From Phycisphaerales bacterium (GTDB lineage: Bacteria; Planctomycetota; Phycisphaerae; Phycisphaerales; UBA1924), in contig OZ245777.1 in the NCBI GenBank assembly GCA_965227775.1, forward strand, positions 1,856,001-1,920,000: a stretch of DNA of 64,000 nucleotides, read 5' to 3'. The first letter of the stretch is position 1, and each line of letters begins with the position of its first letter. The notes under the pieces are model-generated. The model did no database searches, had not been told where the DNA came from, and was given only the letters and a program-made list of their open reading frames with translations. A program made the translations under genes and the position numbers. Shown here in pieces: positions 29,517-38,313 of the stretch.

Positions 29517-31196
29517 TCACCAGATGAACCGGAGGCGGCCGAAGCCCGGAATCGGCACCGGACCGGCCCGCTCGACCGCCGGGAAGTACACGAAGAAGGC
29601 TCGGCCGAGCATGAGCTCGCCCGGCACGATGCCCGGCGGGGCTTCCAGGGGGGAAACCCAGGGGCTCGCATCGCCCAGCAGGCGGCTGTCTTGGCTGCTG
29701 GCGGAGTTGTCGCCGCAGACGAAGAACTGGTCTTGGTCGAGCACCGCAAGGTCAAGCGTGGGGTGGCTGCCGCGCACGGGGAGCTGGCTGTCGCCTCGTG
29801 TCGTCTGGTAGTACAGGTCGCGATCGACGGCCAAGCGGTGGAGCTTCACGGGCCCGACGAGCGAGATGGCCGGGCGGGCCGAGCGGTATGACGAGGGGGC
29901 GGGCACGATGGGGGCCTGGGCGTCAAGCGGCTGGTTGGTTGCCAGCTCGAATCGCTCGATGGGGCCCCAGTCGTAGGTGGCGTACGCGACGCGCTTGCCG
30001 CCGACGAACAGCCAGAGCGCCTGGTCGGCGTGCCAGAATTCGACCTCCGTCACGCTGCCGGAGGTTGGCTGGACGACCTGTGCTTCGTCGAGCACCGTCC
30101 AAGCGGAGGCGTCGGACTCGATCGGGCGCATCTCAATGCGTGCCACTCCGCCGGAGATCTGCGCGCGGAACGCGTGCTCGCGTGCGTCGATGCGGATGGC
30201 CATGCTCTCGAGGCTCTGGCTGACAGGCTCCACGCCCATCCGCACACGCACGTCTCCGACACCGAAGGTGGGCGGCACGAGTGCACGAAGGGTCTCGCCC
30301 GCGCGGCGGTAGCGCTCGTTGTAGGGGTAATAGTCGACTATTGGCCAGGCCTCGGCGTCCCACTGCAAGCGCGTGCTGCCGGGCAGCGTGTGCTCGGGGG
30401 CCGCAGAATCCAGGCCTTCCCACCCCGGGAGGGGCTCGCCCTCAGCCGAGACGGCGGCCCACGGCGGGCTGTACCAATCGAACCCATCGCGGACCGGGTC
30501 GACCGGCGCGCGGGCGGTGTCGTGCACTGGCATCCACACGGCGCGCTGGGCGTGCTCGGGCTTGCGCGCGATCGCCCAGCCGTCCATGGCCCAGGTGCCG
30601 CCCTCCTGGTCGAGGTCTTCGCCCGACGGCGGGATCAGGCTGGGCAGCGGCCGCGTGAAGATGTCCCCATCGACGATGGCCAGCTGTTCGCCGGGAAGGC
30701 CCGTGAGCCGCTTTATGTAGTTGACGGTGGGCTCGGTTGGGTTCTTGAAGACGACCACGTCGAACCGTTTGGGCTCGAAGAGGATCGGCAGGTACTTGAG
30801 CACCAGGATGCGGTCGCCCGCGCGGAGGCGCTGCACCTCGGCATCGATCTGGTACGCCGGGCTGCGGGCGCCACTCACGCCGCCCTCGATAAGCGCGGGC
30901 GGGTTGCTGGCGGTCATCGGGTCGTGCACGGTGTATCGGCTCTCGGCCGCATCGCCGTTGGTCCATGGCCCGACCTGCCAGCGGGCCCCGGTCTGGTCGC
31001 TCACGAACTCGACGTGCTGGCCGAGCAGGGTGGGGGCCATTGAGCCCGTTGGAATGACGAAGGCCTCGATGACGAAGGCGCGGAAGATGAACGCCATCGC
31101 GAATGCGATGATGATGGAACTGAAGGTCTCGCGGATGGAGAAGCGGCCCGACTCACGCTGGGGTGTGGTGGCCGGCCTGGCTGGGGTGGTTGCCAT
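29517..31196 (-). CDS. lepB: Signal peptidase I, extended form
   Basis: AFVIPTGSMAPTL (Ser), GDRILVLK, DVVVFKNP, YIKRLTG (Lys) and GDNSASSQDSR, with a large internal insertion. Confidence 0.92.
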   Translation of the reverse strand: MATTPARPATTPQRESGRFSIRETFSSIIIAFAMAFIFRAFVIEAFVIPTGSMAPTLLGQHVEFVSDQTGARWQVGPWTNGDAAESRYTVHDPMTASNPPALIEGGVSGARSPAYQIDAEVQRLRAGDRILVLKYLPILFEPKRFDVVVFKNPTEPTVNYIKRLTGLPGEQLAIVDGDIFTRPLPSLIPPSGEDLDQEGGTWAMDGWAIARKPEHAQRAVWMPVHDTARAPVDPVRDGFDWYSPPWAAVSAEGEPLPGWEGLDSAAPEHTLPGSTRLQWDAEAWPIVDYYPYNERYRRAGETLRALVPPTFGVGDVRVRMGVEPVSQSLESMAIRIDAREHAFRAQISGGVARIEMRPIESDASAWTVLDEAQVVQPTSGSVTEVEFWHADQALWLFVGGKRVAYATYDWGPIERFELATNQPLDAQAPIVPAPSSYRSARPAISLVGPVKLHRLAVDRDLYYQTTRGDSQLPVRGSHPTLDLAVLDQDQFFVCGDNSASSQDSRLLGDASPWVSPLEAPPGIVPGELMLGRAFFVYFPAVERAGPVPIPGFGRLRFIW

Positions 31197-31228
31197 GGAG
31201 GAGGGTAGGTGGAGGGTTGGGTTGCGGC

Positions 31229-32548
31229 CTACTCGCCGCCAGACGAACCCGAGGGGTTATCGCCGCCCGGCTTCTTCCGCCGGCGCTTGCGGCGCTTCTT
31301 CTTGCGGGGGGCGCTCTCGCCATCGGCGGCAGGCGGGTCGCGGCGCGGTGTGTCGGAGGTGGCGCTCGAGCCGGTATCGCCGGTTGGCTTCTTCTTGCGG
31401 CGGCGCTTCTTCTTTTTGCGGGCGGGCGCGTCGGTGCTCGCCTGCTCGCTCTTGTCTTTTCGCTCGCGACGCGGGCGTGGTGGGGGCGGCGGGGGCGCCA
31501 CAACCTTGGCGGCCGGATCGGGGGCGTCGGCGGGGTCGATGAGCTCTTCGAGCGGGACGGCGATCTCGCGGCCGTCGAAGTCGAGCTTGACCAGCACGAG
31601 TTGCGTCAGAATCTGCGTGTCCAGCACGATGCCCGCACCCTCGCTCGTGCCGACGGGAGTCTTGCGGTGGGGCAATCGTGCCGCCAACTCACGATAACTC
31701 TCGTCCTCGTAGCGCAGGCAGCACATGAGGCGTCCGCAACGGCCGGAGATCTTCAGTGGGTCGAGCGTCGCCTTCTGCTGCTTGGCAGCGCGCATCGGAA
31801 CGGGCTTCAAGACCTTGAGGAAGTTCTTGCAGCAGCAGTGCTGGCCGCAGCGCTCGTAGTCGGCGGTGAGCCTTGCCTCGTCTCGCGCGCCGACGGGGCG
31901 GACCTCGACGCGCGCGCCATCTGGTGCTTCCTTTTGCAACGCGTCGCGCAGGTCGCCGGCCTGGAGGCGCGGGTCGCGGCCTCGGTTGTTCTGATTCCCA
32001 CCCTTTTGCTGGCCGGGCGGGCCCTCGTTCTGCTGCTCCGCCAGGTAGAAGTACGTCAGCGTCTCGCCGCCGAGGATGCCCTCGGCCTGCACGATGCGGA
32101 TGCTGACGCCGATCTCTTCGGCGACCGTGCGGGCGCGGAGCTTGAGCTCGTGCGCCGATTGCTCGAGCGCGGCCTGGGCGTCCAGATCCTCGCGCGTCGC
32201 GACTCGGAGGATGCGGCCCTTGTCGTAGAAGGGAAAGTCGCGCCCGCCCGAGTGCTCGATGTACTGGAGCATTTCTTTGCGGGAAATGCTCTTGCCGCAG
32301 CCGCTATTGGGGCAGGTGCTGGTGAGCATCTCGCCCATCTCGGTGCCGCGGAAGGTGCGGGCGATGAGCTTGCTTCCGCAGCCGGGAGTGACGTCGAGCG
32401 TGTAGCGGAACTCACCGATGAGCTTCATGGCGCCGAAGCGGCAGACGACCGTCTTTGGCGGCGTGAGCTTCTCACGCGCCAGGCGGTCCTGCTCGTCGGT
32501 GTACTCGGCGAGGTCCTTCTCGAACTGTGGCAGCGGGACGATGGGCAT
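31229..32548 (-). CDS. ricT: PSP1 C-terminal domain protein (RicT/YaaT family)
   Basis: VGARDEAR, CGQHCCC, AKQQKATLDPLKISGRCGRLMCCLRYE. Confidence 0.88.
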   Translation of the reverse strand: MPIVPLPQFEKDLAEYTDEQDRLAREKLTPPKTVVCRFGAMKLIGEFRYTLDVTPGCGSKLIARTFRGTEMGEMLTSTCPNSGCGKSISRKEMLQYIEHSGGRDFPFYDKGRILRVATREDLDAQAALEQSAHELKLRARTVAEEIGVSIRIVQAEGILGGETLTYFYLAEQQNEGPPGQQKGGNQNNRGRDPRLQAGDLRDALQKEAPDGARVEVRPVGARDEARLTADYERCGQHCCCKNFLKVLKPVPMRAAKQQKATLDPLKISGRCGRLMCCLRYEDESYRELAARLPHRKTPVGTSEGAGIVLDTQILTQLVLVKLDFDGREIAVPLEELIDPADAPDPAAKVVAPPPPPPRPRRERKDKSEQASTDAPARKKKKRRRKKKPTGDTGSSATSDTPRRDPPAADGESAPRKKKRRKRRRKKPGGDNPSGSSGGE

Positions 32549-32560
32549 GGGGTCGGATGC

Positions 32561-32938
32561 TTAGCGCCCACCACCGCCCGCCGCAGCACGTGCCTGCGCA
32601 AACACTTGGGCGAGGTTTTCGCTGCGCTGGAAGACGAGCGTCCGGCCGTTCTCGACACGGTAGACCATGAGACGCTCGGCCCGCTGGTCGAGCACGTAGA
32701 GCAGCTCTTCGCTGGAGCTCTGGCCCTGGGTGGTCATCGCGGCATAGCCGCCGCCGACGACCGCCATCTCGGCGAGCGCCGTGGCGGGCGAGACGGGCGA
32801 ACTCTCTCCAGTACGCCCAGCTTGGACGAGCACGAGGCCGGCAAGCACCAGCGCGCTGGCGAGCAGTGGAATCGTGCCCTTGCGTGAAGTTAGGCGTGAA
32901 CTCGAGTTTTGGGCGTTGTTGTCGGTGGTCGCGTTCAT
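32561..32938 (-). CDS. Small membrane-anchored hypothetical protein
   Basis: ATGA overlap with the upstream gene, GGAGG RBS, one TM, then LLYVLDQRAERLMVY. Confidence 0.8.
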   Translation of the reverse strand: MNATTDNNAQNSSSRLTSRKGTIPLLASALVLAGLVLVQAGRTGESSPVSPATALAEMAVVGGGYAAMTTQGQSSSEELLYVLDQRAERLMVYRVENGRTLVFQRSENLAQVFAQARAAAGGGGR

Positions 32939-33273
32939 CGCCGGCCTCCTTGCTGCGCTGCGGCCTGGGCGTCTTCGCGGAGGTTGCGGTAGCCGATGCC
33001 CTCGAACGCCTGGCGCGACTGCTCCCACTTCAGCGTGACCAGTTCCTGGTTGGACGTATCGATGACGTGCACGCCGCTGCTGGGCGAGCCGGTCATCTGC
33101 CCGCCGAGCAGCATGTACTCGCCGCGCGGTCGCTGGGCCTGCTGGGCGGTCGCGGCGGGGGCGAGCGTGACGAAGCCGAGGGCCAGCAGCAGGCCCGCGT
33201 TGACGGCGACCAGCGCAAGGCGCGGATCGGCCATGCGTGCCCGCCGCTGTGTGGCGGTGTTCGTGGCGTTCAT
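32935..33273 (-). CDS. Small membrane-anchored hypothetical protein
   Basis: GGGAG RBS, one TM/signal helix, then VHVIDTSNQELVTL; resembles the downstream neighbour. Confidence 0.8.
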   Translation of the reverse strand: MNATNTATQRRARMADPRLALVAVNAGLLLALGFVTLAPAATAQQAQRPRGEYMLLGGQMTGSPSSGVHVIDTSNQELVTLKWEQSRQAFEGIGYRNLREDAQAAAQQGGRR

Positions 33274-33313
33274 GATTGGACTCCCTGGACGTGCCAGATG
33301 AGGTGTGAGCGAG

Positions 33314-33577
33314 TCAGTCTTGGTGGCCGCGCTTTGCGGGAATGACGGTTGCCGCGACGATGCCGATGAGCACAACGCCGGCGATCAGGAAGTTGGTGAT
33401 GACCGGGGGCTTGGCCGGCTGGGTCGGGCGCGGGGGCTTCAGTGCCTCACCCTGGGTCTGGGCGGCCTGCGCGTGGGCGGCCTGCGGCATCGCAAGCGTG
33501 AGCGAGCCGGCGAGCACGGCGGCGGCCAGGCCAGCCCGCAGGCCGGTCGAAAGCGACTTGTTCTTCGTTCGGATCAT
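33314..33577 (-). CDS. Small protein with signal peptide and C-terminal TM anchor
   Basis: GGGAG RBS; signal peptide ending AHA, Pro-rich linker, TM helix, tail PAKRGHQD. Confidence 0.75.
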   Translation of the reverse strand: MIRTKNKSLSTGLRAGLAAAVLAGSLTLAMPQAAHAQAAQTQGEALKPPRPTQPAKPPVITNFLIAGVVLIGIVAATVIPAKRGHQD

Positions 33578-33688
33578 GCGGACGGCTCCCTGTTGCGCCT
33601 CTCCCGGTTCTGTACCGCTCGATGGGCCCGGGCGTTGCACACTGTACGGCCCTGGGAGGCCCGGCGTGCCGTGTGGGTAGCATGGGCG

Positions 33689-34135
33689 ATGATTGCTCGT
33701 AAAGCTGCTGTTGGGGCTCTTGGGGCTGCCTTTGGTCTGTTGCTGGCCGCTGGGTGCTCGGGAACGGGTGCGAAGACCGACGACACGGTCACGGGAACGG
33801 CGTCCCCCGCCGCGCCTCCTGCCGAATCGCTGGTGGGTGAATGGCAGATCGATTTGAGGCCGCTGCCGACTTCGGAGCCGTACTTCCAGCCCTTCGTGGT
33901 CGAGTCGGTCGACGGCAAGCGGTTTGAGGGCACTTTCTATGGCTCGGCGATCTCGGAGGGCCGCCTGAACACGGACTGGGGCGCCGTGTACTTCTCGTTC
34001 CTCACGCTCGATGGCTCCGGTGCCTACTTGCACTCGGGCGTTTTGCGCGATGGCAGGCTCGAGGGCACGACGAACTCGACGGGGCGTGACTTTCTATCCG
34101 TGTGGAGCGGGCAGCGCGCCGGCGAAGCAGGCTAG
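33689..34135 (+). CDS. Hypothetical lipoprotein
   Basis: Lipobox AAGC; beta-rich LVGEWQIDLRP...FLSVWSGQR domain. Confidence 0.75.
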   Translation: MIARKAAVGALGAAFGLLLAAGCSGTGAKTDDTVTGTASPAAPPAESLVGEWQIDLRPLPTSEPYFQPFVVESVDGKRFEGTFYGSAISEGRLNTDWGAVYFSFLTLDGSGAYLHSGVLRDGRLEGTTNSTGRDFLSVWSGQRAGEAG

Positions 34136-34749
34136 CCGAGCCTGCGATCGAGCCCGGCGCGCACTTCGGGCCACTGCTCGGGCGTAATGCTGTACATGAC
34201 GGTGTGGCGGATGCTGTCGTCGGGCATGATGATGTGGTTGCGCAGCACGCCCTCGCGCGTTGCTCCCAGCCGCTCGATCGCCCGCTGTGACTCGAGGTTC
34301 TGGTGGTGGGTCTTGAGCGCAACACGCAGGGCTGGGCCGCCTGAGTGAAAGCCGCCGGCACCGAACACTTCGGTCTCGAACGCATGGGCCAGCAGCAGCC
34401 GCTTCATTTCCGGATTGGCTCTGGTGCCGCGCTGATCGGGCGCGATAAACGTCCAGCCGATCTCGAGCCCGCGGTGGTTGGGCCGGATCTCGAGGTAGCT
34501 GGTCATGCCGATGACCCGTCCGCTGTCCGCTTGCCTCAGCGTCAGGGGCTCAACGTCGGGCTTGCCGAGCAGGCGTTCGATGTGCCCCGCCATGCCGGCC
34601 GTGTCAAAGGGCTCGGGGCCCTTGCTGAACCATCGAAACGTATCTGGCGAGCCTGCGGCGGCCAGCAACTCGGAGGCGTCTTCAACAGTCGTGGGGTCCA
34701 GTCGGACGGATCGGCCAACTAGAGGTTGGGCCACGAGTGGAGGGCCCAC
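34132..34749 (-). CDS. GNAT N-acetyltransferase (RimJ/RimL family)
   Basis: VRLDP, LEIGWTF, QRGTRANPEMK, SQRAIERLGATREGVLR and TVMYSI. Confidence 0.9.
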   Translation of the reverse strand: MGPPLVAQPLVGRSVRLDPTTVEDASELLAAAGSPDTFRWFSKGPEPFDTAGMAGHIERLLGKPDVEPLTLRQADSGRVIGMTSYLEIRPNHRGLEIGWTFIAPDQRGTRANPEMKRLLLAHAFETEVFGAGGFHSGGPALRVALKTHHQNLESQRAIERLGATREGVLRNHIIMPDDSIRHTVMYSITPEQWPEVRAGLDRRLG

Positions 34750-34752
34750 GGC

Positions 34753-35553
34753 TCAGTTCCCTCCGATCAGATCTCCCAGCCCGCCGAGCACGCTGCCCTC
34801 GCCGGTGCGCTTGCCGCCCTGGCTTGGGGCGGCGGCGATGACGCGGTCGGCCAGGCGGCTGAACGGCAGGGTTTGGAGCCACACCGTGCCCGGACCGGTC
34901 AGGCTGGCGTAGAACAGCCCTTCGCCGCCGAAGATCTTGTTCTTGATGCCCTTCACGAACTCGATGGTGTAGTCGATGCTGGTATCGAGGGCGACGAGGC
35001 AGCCCGTGTCGACGCGGAGCTTCTCGCCCGGTGCGAGCTCCTTGACGAGCGTCGTGCCGCCGGCGTGCAGGAAGGCCTGGCCGCGGCCGGTGTCGCTGCT
35101 GAGCTTCTGCATGATGAAGCCCTCGCCGCCGAAGAATCCCACGCCGATGCGCTTCTGGAAGGCGATGTCGACGTTGACGCCGCGGGCGGCGCACAGGAAG
35201 GCGTCCTTCTGGCAGATCAGCTTGCCACCGTGGTCGCCCAGCTCGATGGGCACGACATGACCGGGGTACGGCGCGGCGAAGGCGCAATCGCGACGCTGCG
35301 AGCCGTGGTTGTGGAAGAACGTGATGAAGAAGCTCTCGCCCGTGACCGTGCGCTTGCCGGCCTCAAAGAGCTTGCCCAAGAGCCCGCCACCCTCCTTCAT
35401 CGAGAGCTGGGTGGCCATCTCGATATCGGGCTCGAGGTACATCATGGCGCCAGCCTCGGCGACCATGGCCTCGCCCGGGTCGAGCGTGACGATGACGGCC
35501 TGCATGTCGTCGCCGATGATGGTGTAGTCGATGATGTCGGGGTCGTTGGGCAT
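34753..35553 (-). CDS. AIM24/TIGR00266 family protein
   Basis: AEAGAMMY, TGESFF, FAAPYPG, ICQKDAFLCAA, FFGGEGF and QTLPFSRLA. Confidence 0.92.
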   Translation of the reverse strand: MPNDPDIIDYTIIGDDMQAVIVTLDPGEAMVAEAGAMMYLEPDIEMATQLSMKEGGGLLGKLFEAGKRTVTGESFFITFFHNHGSQRRDCAFAAPYPGHVVPIELGDHGGKLICQKDAFLCAARGVNVDIAFQKRIGVGFFGGEGFIMQKLSSDTGRGQAFLHAGGTTLVKELAPGEKLRVDTGCLVALDTSIDYTIEFVKGIKNKIFGGEGLFYASLTGPGTVWLQTLPFSRLADRVIAAAPSQGGKRTGEGSVLGGLGDLIGGN

Positions 35554-35677
35554 GGGTCCTCCTCTTGTGCCTCTGTCATGTGGCGTATTCGGAGGATACC
35601 CGCCGGACTTGCAGGTCGTGGTCGCGTCAGAGGCAATGTCAATTGTCCAATACGGGAGTGCTAGTTGTAGGGCTAAC

Positions 35678-36574
35678 TCATGCGGATCCTCGCCACTCGC
35701 TGGGTGTCACGCCCATGTGATCATGGAACGCCTTCGTGAAGTGGCTATGCCGGCAGAAGCCGGTGCGCAGGGCGATGGTGCGTAGGGGCAGGTTATTTTC
35801 CATCAGGTCCATCGCGGCCGCGAGGCGTAGTTGCGTGAGGTAGCGGTGGATGGTCTGCCCGGTCCAGTGGCGGAACACGCGCGCGAGATGGAAGGGCGAG
35901 CAGTCGAGCTCGTCGGCGAGGGTGTCCAGCGTGAGCTTCTCGGCGAAGCGGGCGGCAAGCACGTAGCGCGCGTCTTCGGCGAGATCGCGGTGGATTCGCA
36001 GCGTGGGTGTTCGTGATGCGGCCGATCGGCGTTCCTTTGCTGAGCGGCTTGGTGCGATCGCCCGTTCGAAGACTGCGAGAGTGGCCTCGTCGGCGGCGAC
36101 CGGGTCGGTGTCTTCGCTGGGTGCCGCCGCGAGGTTGTTGGCGAGCCGTCGCTGGTCTCGGTACAACGCCGTGTCGCAGTGCACGTGCGTGAAGCCGAAC
36201 AGGGCGGTGGCGTCCGCATCGTGGTGCCCGCCCGAAAGGCCCAACGCGTACGCGATGTCCGCCGCATCCGCTGGGCGTACGGCGTACCAGTCGCACCGAT
36301 CGCCGTTGGGTGAGATGGCCTCGCGTGTGTACTCGGCGTTGGCGTTGTAGACCATGACGGTGCCCGCGTCGGCAACGACCGGATCGCGTCCCGCCATGGT
36401 GATCGTGGTCGCCTCGCGCGGGAAGACGATCGTCGGCCAGCCCATCGGCCCGGTGTCACGGAAATCGGGGGCGTTGATCGGAAGTCGGAATCGGCCGTGC
36501 TGCCAGCGACCGCTGCGCACCACGAGCGTGTTCCAACTCGTCGGGTGGTTGTCCTGACTGTCCGAGAACTCCAT
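35678..36574 (-). CDS. AraC-family transcriptional regulator
   Basis: C-terminal LDTLADELDCSPFHLARVFR...IALRTGF..HSHFTKAF...GVTPSEWR. Start uncertain. Confidence 0.9.
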   Translation of the reverse strand: MEFSDSQDNHPTSWNTLVVRSGRWQHGRFRLPINAPDFRDTGPMGWPTIVFPREATTITMAGRDPVVADAGTVMVYNANAEYTREAISPNGDRCDWYAVRPADAADIAYALGLSGGHHDADATALFGFTHVHCDTALYRDQRRLANNLAAAPSEDTDPVAADEATLAVFERAIAPSRSAKERRSAASRTPTLRIHRDLAEDARYVLAARFAEKLTLDTLADELDCSPFHLARVFRHWTGQTIHRYLTQLRLAAAMDLMENNLPLRTIALRTGFCRHSHFTKAFHDHMGVTPSEWRGSA

Positions 36575-36713
36575 GGATGGCTCCCCGATGTCGAGCGTCC
36601 CACGTGCCCTTGCGGTGGCGAGTGCAACAACCCTGCTCTTCCGATACCCGCGGGTACGGCCTTGGTTGCATTGGTGGCACAATGGAGCGGACAGCACACC
36701 AAGGAGATCCGAT

Positions 36714-38108
36714 ATGTCCGCCATGCGATACACACCACTCTTCACGGTCTACGCCATAGCGGCCGCCGCCTGTGCCCAGTTTGCCGAGCCCGGGGTCATC
36801 GTGCACCAAGAGTTCACAGGAGCGGGCCAGTTTGGCTGGGCCGTTTCGGAACTGACCGACATCGACGGTGACGGCGCGATGGAAGCCATCGTGACCGCAC
36901 CATCGGCCACTGGCGGAGGCCGCGTCGTGGTCTACAGCGGCGCGACGGGCGACGTCCTTATAGACCTTGTCCCCGAAGGCGACGGCGAGAGCTTCGGCTG
37001 GGCGGCCGCGGATGCGGGCGATGTTGACGGCGACGGCGTGCACGATGTGGCGGTGGGGGCTCCGGCGCGCGGCGGCAACGAGGGTGCGGTGTACATCTTC
37101 TCCGGCGCTGAAGGCACTCGGGGCCAGCTCATCCGCCGCATCGACAGCATCAACGGAATCGAACGCTTCGGCTCCGCTGTTTCTTGGCTTGGCGATGTGG
37201 ATGGCGATGGCTTTGGCGAAGTGGTTGTTGGTGCGGGGCAGAGTGACGTCAGTGATCCTGCGGACCCGATGTCCAACGACGGGCGGGCGTACGTGATCAG
37301 TGGTCTGGACGGCTCGGTGATCCATGCGATCGACGGAGACGGACCTGGATCGCAAATGGGAGCGGGGTTGGGTGGGATCGCCGACATGGACGGCGATGGC
37401 GTGCGGGACTTTGCCGTCGGTTCTCCCGGCGCTTCCAGGGCCGACGCATTCTCTGGCGCGACGGGCCTGCGCATCATCGGTCCGCTCGAGCCGACCGAGC
37501 GTGCCGCCTCATTCGGGACGTTCTTCACCGGGCCCGCGGGCGATACGAATGCCGATGGCACACCCGACGTCTACGTCGGTGACTTTAGTGGTGGCATCGG
37601 TGGGCACTTTTACGTGTACAGCGGCGCCGATGGCTCGGTCCTGCACAGCATCTCGTCGACCACGCCGGGCGTGGGCTTCGGGCTTGGTTGCGGACGTGGC
37701 GCGGGCGACGTTGATGGCGACGGCCACGACGACGTCATCAGCGGCTCGTACTTGGGCAATCAGGCTACGGTGTTCTCCGGGCGCACGGGTGAGGTCATCC
37801 GCTTTATTACTTACACGCGGCCGGCCTCACAGTTCGGCTTTGATGCCGTGGGCATCGGTGACGTAACCGGAGACGGCAAGATCGATTTCCTCGTCGGTGC
37901 GGCGTTGGGCAATCGGGCACTCATCATCAGTGGTGCCGTCTGCCAGGCTGATCTTGACGGCGATGGCGACCTGACGATCTTTGACTTTCTGGAGTACCAG
38001 AACCTGTTCGATGCGGGCGATCTCGTCGCAGACTTCGATGGTGACGGTGCGCTGACCATCTTTGACTTTCTCGCGTTCCAGAACGCGTTCGATGCGGGGT
38101 GCGTATGA
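36714..38108 (+). CDS. Secreted FG-GAP (integrin-alpha-like) beta-propeller protein with GC-type dockerin tail
   Basis: AAGGAG RBS, signal peptide, 7 DxDGDG repeats with FG...GAP, and a C-terminal twin TIFDFL repeat ending GCV. Confidence 0.9.
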   Translation: MSAMRYTPLFTVYAIAAAACAQFAEPGVIVHQEFTGAGQFGWAVSELTDIDGDGAMEAIVTAPSATGGGRVVVYSGATGDVLIDLVPEGDGESFGWAAADAGDVDGDGVHDVAVGAPARGGNEGAVYIFSGAEGTRGQLIRRIDSINGIERFGSAVSWLGDVDGDGFGEVVVGAGQSDVSDPADPMSNDGRAYVISGLDGSVIHAIDGDGPGSQMGAGLGGIADMDGDGVRDFAVGSPGASRADAFSGATGLRIIGPLEPTERAASFGTFFTGPAGDTNADGTPDVYVGDFSGGIGGHFYVYSGADGSVLHSISSTTPGVGFGLGCGRGAGDVDGDGHDDVISGSYLGNQATVFSGRTGEVIRFITYTRPASQFGFDAVGIGDVTGDGKIDFLVGAALGNRALIISGAVCQADLDGDGDLTIFDFLEYQNLFDAGDLVADFDGDGALTIFDFLAFQNAFDAGCV

Positions 38109-38313
38109 CGGACTTGGTGGATTGAAGGCGCCATGAACGCGACTTGTTCGGTGGGCTGAATGCGTGCCGTACAAAGCGCACAAACTTATAAAATCAATCC
38201 AAAACCAGTCGAATCGTCTTCGCTGCGCTCGCGGTGTCTGGTACACTGGAAGCGCTGTTCATCATGCATGCGACACCTGATGTCGCGCGATGATGGATCG
38301 AAGGGAGACGAAG

